From contig OZ260663.1 of assembly GCA_965285935.1 (NCBI GenBank), positions 100,812,001-100,876,000 of the forward strand: a stretch of DNA of 64,000 bases. The letters are read 5' to 3'. Below the pieces are notes generated by a model, which saw only the letters and a list, made by a program, of their open reading frames with translations, had not been told where the DNA came from and searched no databases. Made by a program: the position numbers and the translations under genes. This stretch comes from Ophelia neglecta (taxonomy: Eukaryota). This document shows, piece by piece, positions 1-13,000 of this stretch. Position 1 is the first letter of the stretch. Each line of letters starts with the position of its first letter.

Positions 1-834
1 GAGCCAGCTCTCACGAGCGCTTCGCGTACGCCGTAACGTGCGGTTGGGAAAACGCCACACAAGTGCGGTGTAATAGGCCTCGCAGTAAACGGAACCAGTA
101 TGGAACCCAAAGTGATTCCTGGGTATTCTCTCCTCGAATATTGCCAGGGATAGGTATGGGTACCCTTTCATTATATGGTAAATGCTTTATGTACACACAT
201 GTTACTGTCAGAGCCTCGCTGCGCTCGGTATAAGATCACTGGAACGACTAATCTCTTTGCATGTCATTCCATATGCAAACATCTATTTTAGAATCCAACC
301 AAAAACTCAATGTGAATTAAAACATAAAATATATCTAGCTCCTTGTTTAGGATGTCTCAATTGTCCTGCATTATTTTAAGACGGGTGATGCTGGTATATT
401 AAGGAATGGTTTCTTTATCGTCATGCCCCTTTTTCACCCACAAAAATAATCCAACCACACCCAACGTCAACTTCTGCAGGCCTCTTCACATGTTGGGTTA
501 AACTCATGCGGGGTGTGGGGGGTTGGAGGAGGAAGGGTAGGGCCGGGGAGTGAATGCAGTTTTATTTACACTTTAATTAGATGAGACGTGCTAATGAACC
601 ACACCTGTAAACTACTTTTATCGTGCTCAGGATTGCATTTCTCAAGGGCGTTTTTTGTTGTTGTAAAGAGTGCCTCAATTATATTAATATTTCTATTCAT
701 ATATATTAATTGAAATCGAGGCAGGATATCTTTTCTCATTAGTGGCTTGGCCATATAGGTCTATTTAAACCTACAACGGAAATCCAAATTAACAATTTTA
801 ATTTTTTGTTTTGAAAATTCAAAGGTGATAGTTG

Positions 835-870
835 ACTTGGCTGGGACTCGAACCCACCACCCTTGCGGAT
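835..870 (-). other. tRNA-like B-box fragment (possible SINE head remnant)
   Basis: The minus strand reads GGTGGTGGGTTCGAGTCCCAGCCAAGT, a T-arm/B-box consensus. No A box or full cloverleaf was found. Confidence 0.35.
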
Positions 871-2059
871 ATTTTTTCGAAAGCTTGTTAAGAAAGGGTG
901 TTTTTGCATTGTTAAGACAAATTAAGAATTCTTTGTGTATGTGTATTAGTCCGTAAATCGATGCATTGTCAAATAACGCCTCCGTTAACAGCCATTTTAA
1001 TGGATGACATGGATGTTTTGTACATCAGTCAGCACCTGGGTAATGATAACTTCAACGGGAAACGTTGGTTTCTATGCTAATTATACTAGTGATTGTGCTT
1101 TTTTGGTTACATGCAAGAAATTTGGCACACAGGTGATAAATAAAGCTTGCTGATCAAATTTAGATATGGAAGTACTCTTTTTTGGTTGCTATGTTCACCG
1201 GAGTTGAACATAAACCGATATTCGGAGGCAAGATGCTGACAAGGCCTTTATTGGGATTTTTATTCCATTCCAACCCGACATACATGTCCTCAATTTTAAG
1301 CTATGATAGGATTGTCAGAAAAATAGACGCCTTCAAAGATAAGCTGCCGTGTTTTCAATGTTTATTGGCAATTTTACAACAATTTTTCTAGTTTATAAAT
1401 ATACCAAAAAATAGAACAGATGTTTACCTTTCAGACGATATGCTGCATGATGCATTAAGTGATTTGAAGACCATGGCTACCTGATGTAAAGTTGGTTTAA
1501 AATAGCAGAGCTCATTGGCCGCATTTCAACAACAGCTTGATTTCATATCAACATAGGAGAAGTCTGCACACATTGAGAAAGCCTTGGCTGCCATGCACAG
1601 TGGACACTTATTGGACAGGGAGGTGGCGTAACCCTTATCGAAATCAATCTGGGTAACAATGAAACAGGGGCTAACCTCTTATTAACATCTGCAGGATTTT
1701 TAATTGAATAGATATGTAAGGCAAGTTACTGTTCATGCATCTTAATATTCAAAAAAAAGACTATTAGCCTCATTGTATTATGGCCACTGTGCTATATGAA
1801 TAAAAAGCAAGTACCAAGCTTGGTCTGCTACTTCCGTTGAGTCCGAATGGCGAAGTATCCATACATGGCGTGTATTATCTGACGATCGATGGTTCAGAGT
1901 TCAAAGTTCAGTGTTCATGTTTCCGCGTCCTATGCCCCCAATGGAGACGACAGAACTGGGGAGACGGTGCCAGCCCCGTCTCTCAATAGATAAATCTATA
2001 ACAATTGACTTGGAATACCATGGACACAATTACCAACTCTGACAAGTCCAATACATTTA

Positions 2060-4620
2060 GATTGCTTCCAATCTCGACTACTGGTACCTTGGTGAATCTC
2101 TTACGACTGCCTATGGTAATTCGTCTTGGCCTAATCCGTAAACCACAAACTTTGTCCACCATGACCAAAGCCCACTCATTGGGTACTAGCTTCGCCCACC
2201 ACGACCGAAGCTTAGTCCGAACACCTTCCTGTCCGGCTACCGTCTCATTTTATTCACTGCCGGCTCTGACTTATAAAGCCAGCCACAACTTGGCAGGAGC
2301 ACACCTCCGAGCCATATGAGAATAGGACGTGAAAGATTAACTCCATGACCGACTCTCTTGTATAGCTCAGGAAACGCCCCTCTGAGTTCAATTTAAAAAA
2401 CGCGTTAAATGACTCACTCCGTGAACAGCTACCATACGTACAGCCCACACTATCTGCACAGTTCACAAGCTACGAGCTCTTAAGCACTTACTGACATAAA
2501 CATGTCAACTATAGTAGCAAACAGCTACTGTAACCCAGTCAATAAACATGGGGTTTGCAATCATATAGACTAATACCTAATACTATTAAGCCAGGCGTAG
2601 TGCTATATGTAGCACGCATACGTTTAAATGATGAATAATTCTTATAACACATTATAACTGAGTTGCTATGTCTTTATACATATAAGAATAACTAAAGATT
2701 AAAATTATCAAATCTTCAAAGTCATGGAAAAGATATAAATTGACACCAAAAAATATAGGCATTATTCTTTATTAATGATATTGTAATACAAAGCGTAGTG
2801 CCAATTGTTAGTTTTGATATTCCAATACAAAACTGTTGGAAAGCAAATTAAATAGAATATGCAAATATTGCAAGGACCACCGGTATATTTTTTTATGTAT
2901 TTTAAATTTCATAATTTTGAAACGACTTGATCAACACGATCAACGTGCTGATAACTAGTATTTGTACAGCGTCCTTATCAGCATTTGTTGATAACACTGG
3001 CACTCCTTTATGACATACTAAAAATCATACTTAAAAATACATTACTACTTTTAAAAAATGAGTATATTAAACCCTTATTAACTCGATAAAGAGTACTTTG
3101 CTACCGAGAATTGACAATCCACTGTCACAGTGACAAACGACTTCTCAATTTAAGATACAAAACAACAAGTCAACATAATCAAAGCATTTAAAATCAATAA
3201 CTTTGTCTCGGATTTTAATATTATATAAAAATACCTCCTAGATAAATCCACATACATACTTTAAACCATTACATGTTACTTGCTCACATCTAGTTTAATA
3301 TACACTCATCCCTCGAATAAATCTAACAAAATTCTCTAATAAGATTGTCAGCAGATGCATTAAATGATGCATAGGGATGGGGCATATAACATATTGGTAT
3401 TTGTCAGTGTAGTTCATCATATAGGAATATAATCCAATATGAGTTGTTTATTCACAGCAAAATCTGGATAAAAGCACAAATTTTACTATATAACCCAAAA
3501 CCAAATACTAAAACCATCAGAGCTTCATCCAGGCAATAATACCTGACGCACTGGATTCTATCCGAGACTGGGTGTAAACAACATATTCATTGTACTGTAT
3601 TAATGGCAGAAACTGTTTTCTATCGTTCGAAAACACTGTATCCGAATAGACCCTTCTCTGAGATATCACTTTCCACCAAATATGTAAGATTTTTGTCAAA
3701 GCAGGTCCGAGAAAATGGGTCTGTAGGTGTGTGAATAGTAACTTCGACGGTAGCAGAGCTTCCGCATTTCTAAGGAGAAACCAAGTTCCCGAAGGACGCC
3801 CCGGACTTTATACCAAGGGCGGTGAGGTCTGGATTTCAATATGAGTTTGGACCCCCCAATTAATTGTGTTACGTTCACGCCTCCTAATAACTTCAAATAA
3901 CTGCATCCCTATCAGGATACCGCTGGTTGACAGGGTAATTAATTACACAAACTTCTACTTCTTGACGATGCAGTGATCTCGATCAAATACGTCGCCGGCT
4001 AAATTCAGTCCAAACATCGTATTGAGCCCGAACATTTACTCCGGAAATTGCAAACTACGATAACTGTTAAGAAATTCAGCCATAAATTAAAATACAGCGC
4101 CAAAAACTAAAATCTCAGATAGATAGTTAGAGACTACATATCTTGGCGAAACATGTCTCTTTCACAACGAACCCCGAAAATTTCATTATCAATTCGTAGA
4201 AAGGAAGTTAAGGTCATGGAAGGATTTGAACATCAAAAGCGACCTCTAGGATAAATAAATCTTCAGGTAGAGGTCCAGAGTAAAAATACCGTCATAGCAT
4301 AATACAGCGGCCACTTGTTTAAACATATTTGCAATGTTATGTAGTAGTTAAGCTTATAGATGATATTGCGGTGCTTTTACTTTTTCAAGCGTGCATATTC
4401 GATGTTAACTGAGTGTTTTACAAACAGGATGATATATTAGTGTACTGGTGCCAGTTTTTCCTTTCTGTTGGGTTTTGAAATCATATACGGACCTATAAGT
4501 ATGCGACTTTTAGGCAAGCTTGTATAATGGCCAAGTTTTTCATTTGGGTCCCTACTCTGATTTGGAAGTACTGCCTTTAACTTTTTAATGGCCTTGAAGA
4601 AACCAGACATCCTGGAGCTC
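2060..4620. repeat. 3-prime flank unit shared by copies 1, 2 and 4 (paralogs at about 17260-19560 and 57135-59435)
   Basis: Shared strings such as CCAATCTCGACTACTGGT, AACGCGTTAAATGACTCACTCCGTGAACAGCT and GTGCTATATGTAGCACGCA recur in the same order in all three places. Confidence 0.85.
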
Positions 4621-4624
4621 ATCC

Positions 4625-7016
4625 TTACTGGAAGTTGGCGTATGTGGCATATCTGGACATGCAGTTCAAGGCCAGCTCATGGAGGTATCTGTACTGGGCC
4701 TGTAACGACAAGGGTACGGTACAATACTGTATTTTATAGTTGCTAGACCAAGGCCTTCATCAATAAAATACGAAAGTGAAGAACTACATTGACGATAAAT
4801 ATATTAATTTTCCTATAACAGGAAACAATGATATCGAATCGCAGTTAGCATGAGATTATAGAAGGATTAAATACAAGTTATTTTACAAACATAAATCCTG
4901 TAACATGGGTTATTATGAAACAACTATGAAATGAATCCAAATATTATTATAATGCTATGTTCTTATCGTACCAGTGAGTTAACAAACTGGGGTCGCCTGT
5001 CCGAGACGTAACGGAGACAGAGGAACACGTCGACCGCTTGGTCGACTTTCATCTTCTCTAACATACAGTTGGCAGCACAAAACAGACCACTCCTCATCGC
5101 CCCGTCCCTGGAGGAAAAATAACATCTGGTCAGCTGGTTTGGATTTGCTCGAAGTATTTCAATAATCAAATATTCACCAGATGCATTAAACGATGAGGAA
5201 CAAACACCCCCCCCCCCCTTCCCCCCATCCGCATCGCCAAACACGTACATGCACTGTACAATGATTGGTTTGGCTGGGCCTACATCTCTACTCCAACTTT
5301 CTATTGTGTCTATGAGATCCAAGAACGAGTTCATCTCCGGCAGCTCGCTGGTGTCCGGCCAATCTGATAACTGGAACTGTCTGACAGTCAACGGCTCGCT
5401 GATATGCTGTACGAGGAAATCAAAGTCAGCATATATTCAGAGTAATGCTAAAAAGCTATTAAAAGGCCCTCAACTGTTTGGAACAGTTAATATCTTTCCC
5501 GAGCGGGTGAATACATTATTGCGATCATATCTATTACTTGATCACTCTCATACCTCAGGTGGCTCTGTGACTCGGAACTCTCTAACGAGGATAGGCCCGA
5601 CTTTCTCTGTTAACTTGATCTCCACTTGTATACTGCCGTAAATCTGTCTGTGGTACTCGTGATGTTCAGACCAGTACCTCGGAAACAACTTGATAAATAT
5701 GAAGGGAAACGTATTGTTTTCAGACATAGGAAAATAGCATAATTTCTGCAGTTCATAGCGTGCACGATGTGAAGCCATTTACTATCATATCATATACATA
5801 TAACCGGGATTTGAATTGGCTCCTGATTGAAAGTAATGATTTACACTTATTTCATGGTATTAAGATAGTCTTAATGACTAAAAATATCTGGACACGAATC
5901 CGTATGAGGATTAATAGAGGTACTAAATACATTTGATAAACATATGAATATGTAAAATCGCTGTTACAGAATCACTCCCATCTTGTTTGTCCAAAAGAAC
6001 AATAGTAGAAGATTTCTCTTGGTAGACAAGGCGCCAGAAGTCGTTCACTGTGCTGGTCAGCGGCATTTGGGTGGCGATCATTGCCTTCTCCTTCAGGTAT
6101 GTCTGATCATGTAATAAATAATGCGACATATCAGAAAATTCAGCTAATATATTAAGGGGAAGTGGGCGGAACCCTATGATAGTGTCCAAACAGTTCATTC
6201 ATCCATTTAAACCGGCGTCTACAGCTTTTAAAATCGTCAAACACTTTTCCCGGATAGTGTCTAGAAGGTTAAAAGGTTGTTCTTCAGATCCACCCCTCCC
6301 CCTCACCCACTGCAATGGTAAAGGAATTATGAAGTCCTACATACTTAGCACATAATTGCAAAAGGTCGCATGTACCAAATGTGGCATTATATTGTTTTGA
6401 AAGTTAGAGCGATTGAGACCAAATACCTTTCCACTGGGAATATACAACTTTCTTTAATATCATTTACATTCTTACATCCACGTAGACGGCATTAATGTAA
6501 GTTCCCTCGTTTTCTGAAGTCTTGGTCAGTACGGGGAAGTCATCGTCTCCTGTAAATAACATAAGTAAATTAAGGGATATCGTATGCAGAAAACAAAATA
6601 GCAGGTACGAGACACGGTTACGTAGATACAAGGTATTAGGATATTGCCTTTATATATAAGGTTTTTATTAGATTCTTTGCAAACCCAGTGTTAACAGTGT
6701 TAAAACTAAAACTTATTGTATATGTACAAGTGCATCTCGTATTTCACTCATGTCTCGTATTTTATAATATGGCGTAAACCAAGCCACTAATAAAAATGCT
6801 TCTTGACTTACTTTGAGGTTTTTTATTTAGACTGCCATTGCATAATGTCTGACACTGCATAATTTAAATCTTTTGTTTTATCTTCAAATATAAAACCATG
6901 CAAACTTGTCTGAACATACTAGGAACGATCTCGTCATTTCTGTTCTTGTCGGCGTTTTCATCCAGAAGGCCAATCAGGTTTTCCCTTTGGATTGTCGCTT
7001 TGACGCTGTTCAATTT
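4625..7016 (-). other. Copy 1 PTP domain D2 exons and C-terminal YANF motif
   Basis: Motifs KNRNDEIVP, YINAVYVD, IATQMPL, DFWRLV, RYW, WPD, IIVQCMDGAMRSG and QYRY, then YATYANFQ*. Confidence 0.88.
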
Positions 7017-10000
7017 CTAAAAATAATATGAAAAATGTCTGTCCTTTAACAATAGTGCCGCTATAAGTGCCAGGCACAATTGTTGAGACATCCGGGTTCC
7101 ATTGGTAGAATTCCGTGTTTATAGCTCAGATATTGCAGTATTCATTTCATGAAGTCTTGATAGTTTGTCCGAAAAAAAAAAATCAGTGACACATGTGTAT
7201 CCAGAAAATATCTTGCAATGCCAGATTCCTAGCTACAGGGTTAAGAAGTACCTCAAATTGTTCTCGCAGGGGTGTCGTCTCATTTTCATTAACAGTCCCT
7301 AGCACGTTCAGCGTCGCCTGAAGGTTGGCGCATGGAATGGAGGTGTCTCCGCAGGTCACATGGTCAAGCAGAGCTTTATATACGAACTCGTATTGCACCT
7401 GCAATAGACTATGTTTTAGTGTAAGACTATAGGCTAGACATGATATATAAGAAGTACCATGGCAATAGAAACGCCACGAAAGTTACCTAAAAATATTAAT
7501 GTGTTACTCTATCGTGCTGCCTTTTGTGGCACCGATATATGCGTTTATCAAGCCCGTTACCTTAGTTTGTACCATCTTGAGCCGCTCCCGCCTCAGGCAG
7601 TTGACCAATGAGAAGACGTCCACTTTACCTTCCGCCTCGGCCTGTTGTATCAGACAATCCAGAGCGATAAATGTCCCAGTTCGTCCTACCCCGGCACTAA
7701 GGCGAAAAACAACCAAACAATCTATTTCAATACAGTAATATTAGTTCATTATAAAAAGATGTTTTATTCGAAAAGAACCTCCTCCTCTGACTTCTATCAC
7801 CACATGGATTTATTAATTATCCGAGCGAAAATACACTGTGTTGCATTTCTCATTTCAAATAGTTGTTTCCTTTCTGATTACCTGCAGTGTACGACCATGG
7901 GGCCCTTACTGACGCTGTCAAAGGACCTGACCTTCCTTCTGAAGGCAAGCAGAGGGTAGGCCTGCTCCGGAGCCTTCTTGTCAGGCCATTGCAGAAACTG
8001 CATGTGACGTATCGTCCTGGATTCTTTCTGAACAATAAACAAGGTGTGATGGGTAACTCGTGTTAGTTATGTATTGAACACTTTAGTATATTATGAGCAT
8101 TAAAGATGGTATCTTTACAAAGTACATCGACATGACATGGCATTTGAAATGGATTAAACCAATCAAAGATGAAAGTGTGCGATGCATTGACTTTATGGCT
8201 GAAAGTACCCATACCCGTGCTGTCATGTGATCAGCAGAGTTTACCAGACAAGGATTTGCGGCTAAACTCAAGGTAGCGGGGGGAAAATGCGGCCCATGTA
8301 GGTTTTCGGGCGATATTTGAGCTGCTTGAGGACGCACGAATGTTAAACATTCTTACTTTGTTGCATTACAGGTTGTATAGCCCAATAGACAAAATAATTA
8401 AGCTTTAATAAGGGCAATTAATCGATCAAGGTAAAATACACGACGGTCTATCTTTCATATCCTTTCATACTCTTTTTTGCAATTGCAGCCAAGGAGTGGA
8501 TACTATACCCTATGAACCGTGGGTAAGTAACTCTATTGTTGCTATGTTTCGCCAATAGGCTAAAGAACATATAAAAAAAAACTCCTGAAAAGGGGGCCAT
8601 CAAGTTAAGTAACACAATTCTGTCCACACGAAACTGACATTAGTACCTACCCTTTTACAGACGTTGATTATGCAAAGGTTGTAATCCGTAAAGGTATCAC
8701 GGCTGACTGTGGTGATCCGGTAGTTACCATACTGTTCCTGGCCCCCTACAGTCTCAGGCCAGTATCTCTCACACTTCCTCTGTTAACCAAGGAATATGTT
8801 AGTCAAATAACTTAACTGGCCAATATATATGTATATATACCAGTTTTGTACAAATATATATACATTTAGCGATCAGACACACTGTACTCCCCTTTTGTCA
8901 CATAAAAATATAAACATAAATTAAATGTAGTTATTTTAATCATTGTACATCTACTTCAATAATTTTATGAGGAATGCATATCAATATTTGCTTAAATATT
9001 GTGTTAAATACTACATAATTATTAGCAACATATAAACGTTTTAAATATATTAGGGTGACGACTTGAATTTTCAGAATTATCTCATACAGGTATTTGGATT
9101 TCCACATAAGAATCAACTGGTCAGTACCTTGTTATTTTCCACAAAATTGGTGACCATTACAATTCTATTAGCTTTGGATTGCCAAATCATTCTCCACATA
9201 TCACGAGTTGTATGAGGCCTTGGTCCTGAAAGAAATATACCGAATAGAATACCTTTGTTTAAGACCTAAATAATGTAAAGGTTAAGTGTATCTGTGCGTA
9301 TTTAGTAGAAGAACTCGTTGCTGTACACACCTTGTGAAGCAATGTACGCTTTCTTCGTCAAGTTGTATCCCTGTGGATTGATATATTGAATGGCATGGAA
9401 AAGAATGGAGGTGCGAATATGACTTGACCTTGACATTACACGAATGGATTGTATAATTCAGACATTTTTCTATATCTTTTAATATATTATGACAATTTAT
9501 GATTTTCTGATTGTTGTAATATAAATACATCTTACCGTAATATAACTGGCGTTTATGTAGTCTGTTTCTCTAGACGAATCTTCTATTTCTAACACCACTC
9601 TATTATAGTCATCTGTATGTGTATGAAATGTTTATTAGCCTGACTCAACAGTTTATTCCACAATTTGAAAAGTGTTCTAAATAATAATAAAGGAAAATGA
9701 ATTAAATAGCGTTTTATCAGCCTTTAAAATTAATATCATGCGACTTTTGTTCCGCTATAAACAATACTCAAATCACATTATGTTATAAAAAAACTCGTAT
9801 AATCATCTGACTAGTATAGAAATCAGTCAAACATACATGCAGTTATATCGTTAAACCTATTTTTCGGATGGTTTTCAGTCAATCGCCCTACAAGTATATC
9901 AAAAAGGGGTTCGCCTGGAATATTCTAAAAGAAAAGAAAACATAGTTATTTGTTCATTTCGTTGACATCCGGTTAGACATACTTTGATGTTTTATTATAC

Positions 10001-13000
10001 GTTTTTCTAAATAAGAAATAAAAAAACAATGGATTATAGTTCCTTTGGAACCACTGTGATATATTTATTTCTTTAGCAAGTATAAAAATGGACTTTGAGT
10101 CAAAATGTAATGACATTGATATGACAGTAGATTGGCTTAAGTTATGGTTATATTGGCGTAACTTGTATTTGGTAAGGAATGGATCAGCAGTTTAGTATTC
10201 ACACAGGTATTATTACCAGGCGCTCAGACCTCATGAAAAATGAGAGTAGAGTATGCAGATAAGTTCTTGTTCATTAATACAAACACCCCCAAACAAGAAA
10301 TTATCAATCTTTTCAAACCCTAAACTCCTCTTTGAATCCGTCACTCTTCTCCAGTTGGTCGTCGATATAAGTCTTTAGATTGTCGACACTGATGACATTG
10401 GGCTCGAAGGACGGCGGGGACGGCAGGGAAGGCGTCTCATTTGCTGGACGATGTACCGTCACTTCATTACACTCCGGGAATCGCCCTCTCTTAATTTGTG
10501 GGGACAGTTTTTTCAGTTTTTCAAGTGTTGTTGGTTTCGGTGGCGTCTCCGGTTTGGTCTTATTTGGTGGTGACTTGGTTGTCGGTTTGGGCGGTTTACC
10601 AGGTTTCTCAGGGTTTGGGGCTTTCATATCAGGCAAGCATAATATAATATTACATTTTAACTACATGCCCAATTATTCTTTAACTGTATTGGAAGACATC
10701 TTTTATGTCTCATAAAATAAGTGTACACGTCGCTTAAGAAAACGGGAGTGGATACACGGCAGACAAAGCCAAACCATTAATCAGGCCACAGGCCACATAT
10801 GTAAATACCCAGCTCACAGAAAGTAACTAAACTTAATGAAGTAAAAGAAATGAAAACATAAAAATAATATCACTGGAATGAAAATTGGTGAGTAGTTTTC
10901 ATAAAATGTTTCAAAACACAAAACAAACGACTCAGAGGTCAACTTAAACAATACTTATTTCATCAGCTGGAATTATCGGCATTAATTCTCCGCCGGATTG
11001 CGCCACTTTTTGTATTTTGTTTCCTTCGTGTTTTCGACGTATGGTGAACATATGAAACATTTTTTTCCTACGTCTGAAACATTACAAAATTGGGATGCCT
11101 CTATTATAAACCACACATCAGTTTTACTTGCATTTAAAATAAAATTGATAATATGATTACCTCAGCACAATGAATATTAGGACACCAACTGCTAGTGCGA
11201 TCAGTACAACACAGGCGACAACAATCCCAGCTATATGTCCAGGCTCCAGCCCTCTGATAGCTTGTGTTCTGTTGGCTGCCACTGAAATCGAAGTGCTAAC
11301 TGATAAATCGGTTGTAGAGCTGGCTGAGGTAGAATACATGTTTAGATTAAGGATCATTCTAACAATGCTTTTGTCTTTATCGTATATAAAGGAAGAGTAC
11401 CTGGATCCGCAGTAAGTGCCAGGAGCAAGATATGCGCGCTCATGCGATAGGATAAGAAATAGGTAAAACATTTACATCTTGTAAATTTCTTGACACTAAA
11501 TTATGAATTGTGTGGTAATTTGTATTATTGGCCTTAGTGACGTGCGGTGCTACACGTGATCTGGTAGCCATTGATTGCTCTCAGTGTATTTTAATACTGC
11601 ATTTAGGATCTGGCAATGTTTGTCTTATACATTTGATCTTTCCTGACACTTATGGGCCGATCTAATGAATAATTATTAATACATGTAGTTGAAGAGTGTA
11701 CATGTCTTTCAATTTTGAGCTTGCGTATACTAATTCTCACTTTCAGTCATAGGACCCAATAAATGTTAACACCCAACCACCGTTTTGTTCTCTCAAAAGC
11801 AGTAATAGTTTTTTATACCTAAAATCGTAGGTCAGTGTCTATATTGAGGCATGCATACTCTATTATCAAGGGGAAGGTTAAGGTCACACACATTGCAGGT
11901 GATATAATTTTTTTTAATGTTACAAGTCTGTGGGATGTGGATTGATGTATGTGGACCTTTGGTGTGTGTTTCCTGATGATTTCTGACTTATTTAAAGGAC
12001 TTTTCTTAATCATTGGTTTACCTTTGTCTGCTGGGTATCCACATTTTAGCGTCATTTAATATCTGTAATGTATACGGCTTTCGATGAAAGAAGAAACGCT
12101 GTCTGAGATAAGTCACATACCTTCAATCTATAGCCACATTTATCGGAGAGTTTAGTTCATCAAAAACTCACCAAAGTGACAGTACCGGATGACTCTCATC
12201 ATCTTTAATTGTTAACCAGCTCCCATTGCAAGATATATCAATTTTTTTCTATTGCTGTACTTGAATGAAGTGTGGACTTATATATTAATTACACTACCAA
12301 AGTGACAGTACCAGATGTCGTCTTCTCCGATGTACTTCTAATGGGCACTTTACCTAATGTAAGGACTGAGAAGGCAGTGGATGATGGACCAGGAGGTGTC
12401 ATGGCTGTAGTCACTGATACACCAGATTCTTCGCTTGTATCTGAATTATATAATGTGCATCAATGAACGCGCTGTATGGGCCAATATCAGTGTAAACATT
12501 TCAAGTAAATCAGAAAGACATCTCAAACATATATCGGACATTTTCAACACTGGGGTGCTTCTAAAACTGACCTGTTCTGATGTTATTGCTCATCAATTGA
12601 ACGTTGAACCAAGGAAATGCCGGACGTATGTTAATGTATACATTAATGAATATGCGTGCATCATATGTACTTAGGTACAGGCTGTGACTGCATTTTCGTA
12701 TATGATAATTGGCGCATTTTTGCCTATTTAAAATATTACTGTGGCTTGCTGTTTATTGCTCATATTAAAATGTTTCACCTGACAATGTGCGGACATCCAA
12801 ATACGACAATTTGTACTTGTAGTAGGTTTCCAGACTTTCTACTTTCTGTCCAGTGGAGTTGATCCTGTACACAGCCAGATCAAACTGATACCTAGTGCCA
12901 GCCCGTAATCCCGATACAGTTCCCTGCTGCCAGTCTGTTTTGTTGTATTTGACGTCAGCTCCCAGTGTCCAACCCCCCATTAACGTGGTATACAGTCTGT

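Noticed and set aside
1000-1700. GTTGCTATG / CCATGGCTAC-type motifs reminiscent of invertebrate non-autonomous DNA transposons
   Set aside because: No terminal inverted repeats or TSD could be delimited.
2005-2319. Plus-strand ORFs recurring in the triplicated flank (2005-2319, 17165-17410, 56903-57358) as a possible small gene family
   Set aside because: Starts, stops and lengths differ between copies and there is no recognisable domain. The similarity is explained by DNA duplication.
10380-10715. Plus-strand ORFs opposite exons or the retroelement (for example 10380-10715, 5249-5641, 55310-55777, 63491-63811)
   Set aside because: These are antisense shadows of real minus-strand coding sequence.
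12167-12250. Second copy of ACCAAAGTGACAGTACC with a perfect GTGAGT donor, suggesting an extra stalk exon in copy 1
   Set aside because: I could not find an acceptor giving an open phase 1-1 exon; it is at most a degenerate exon.
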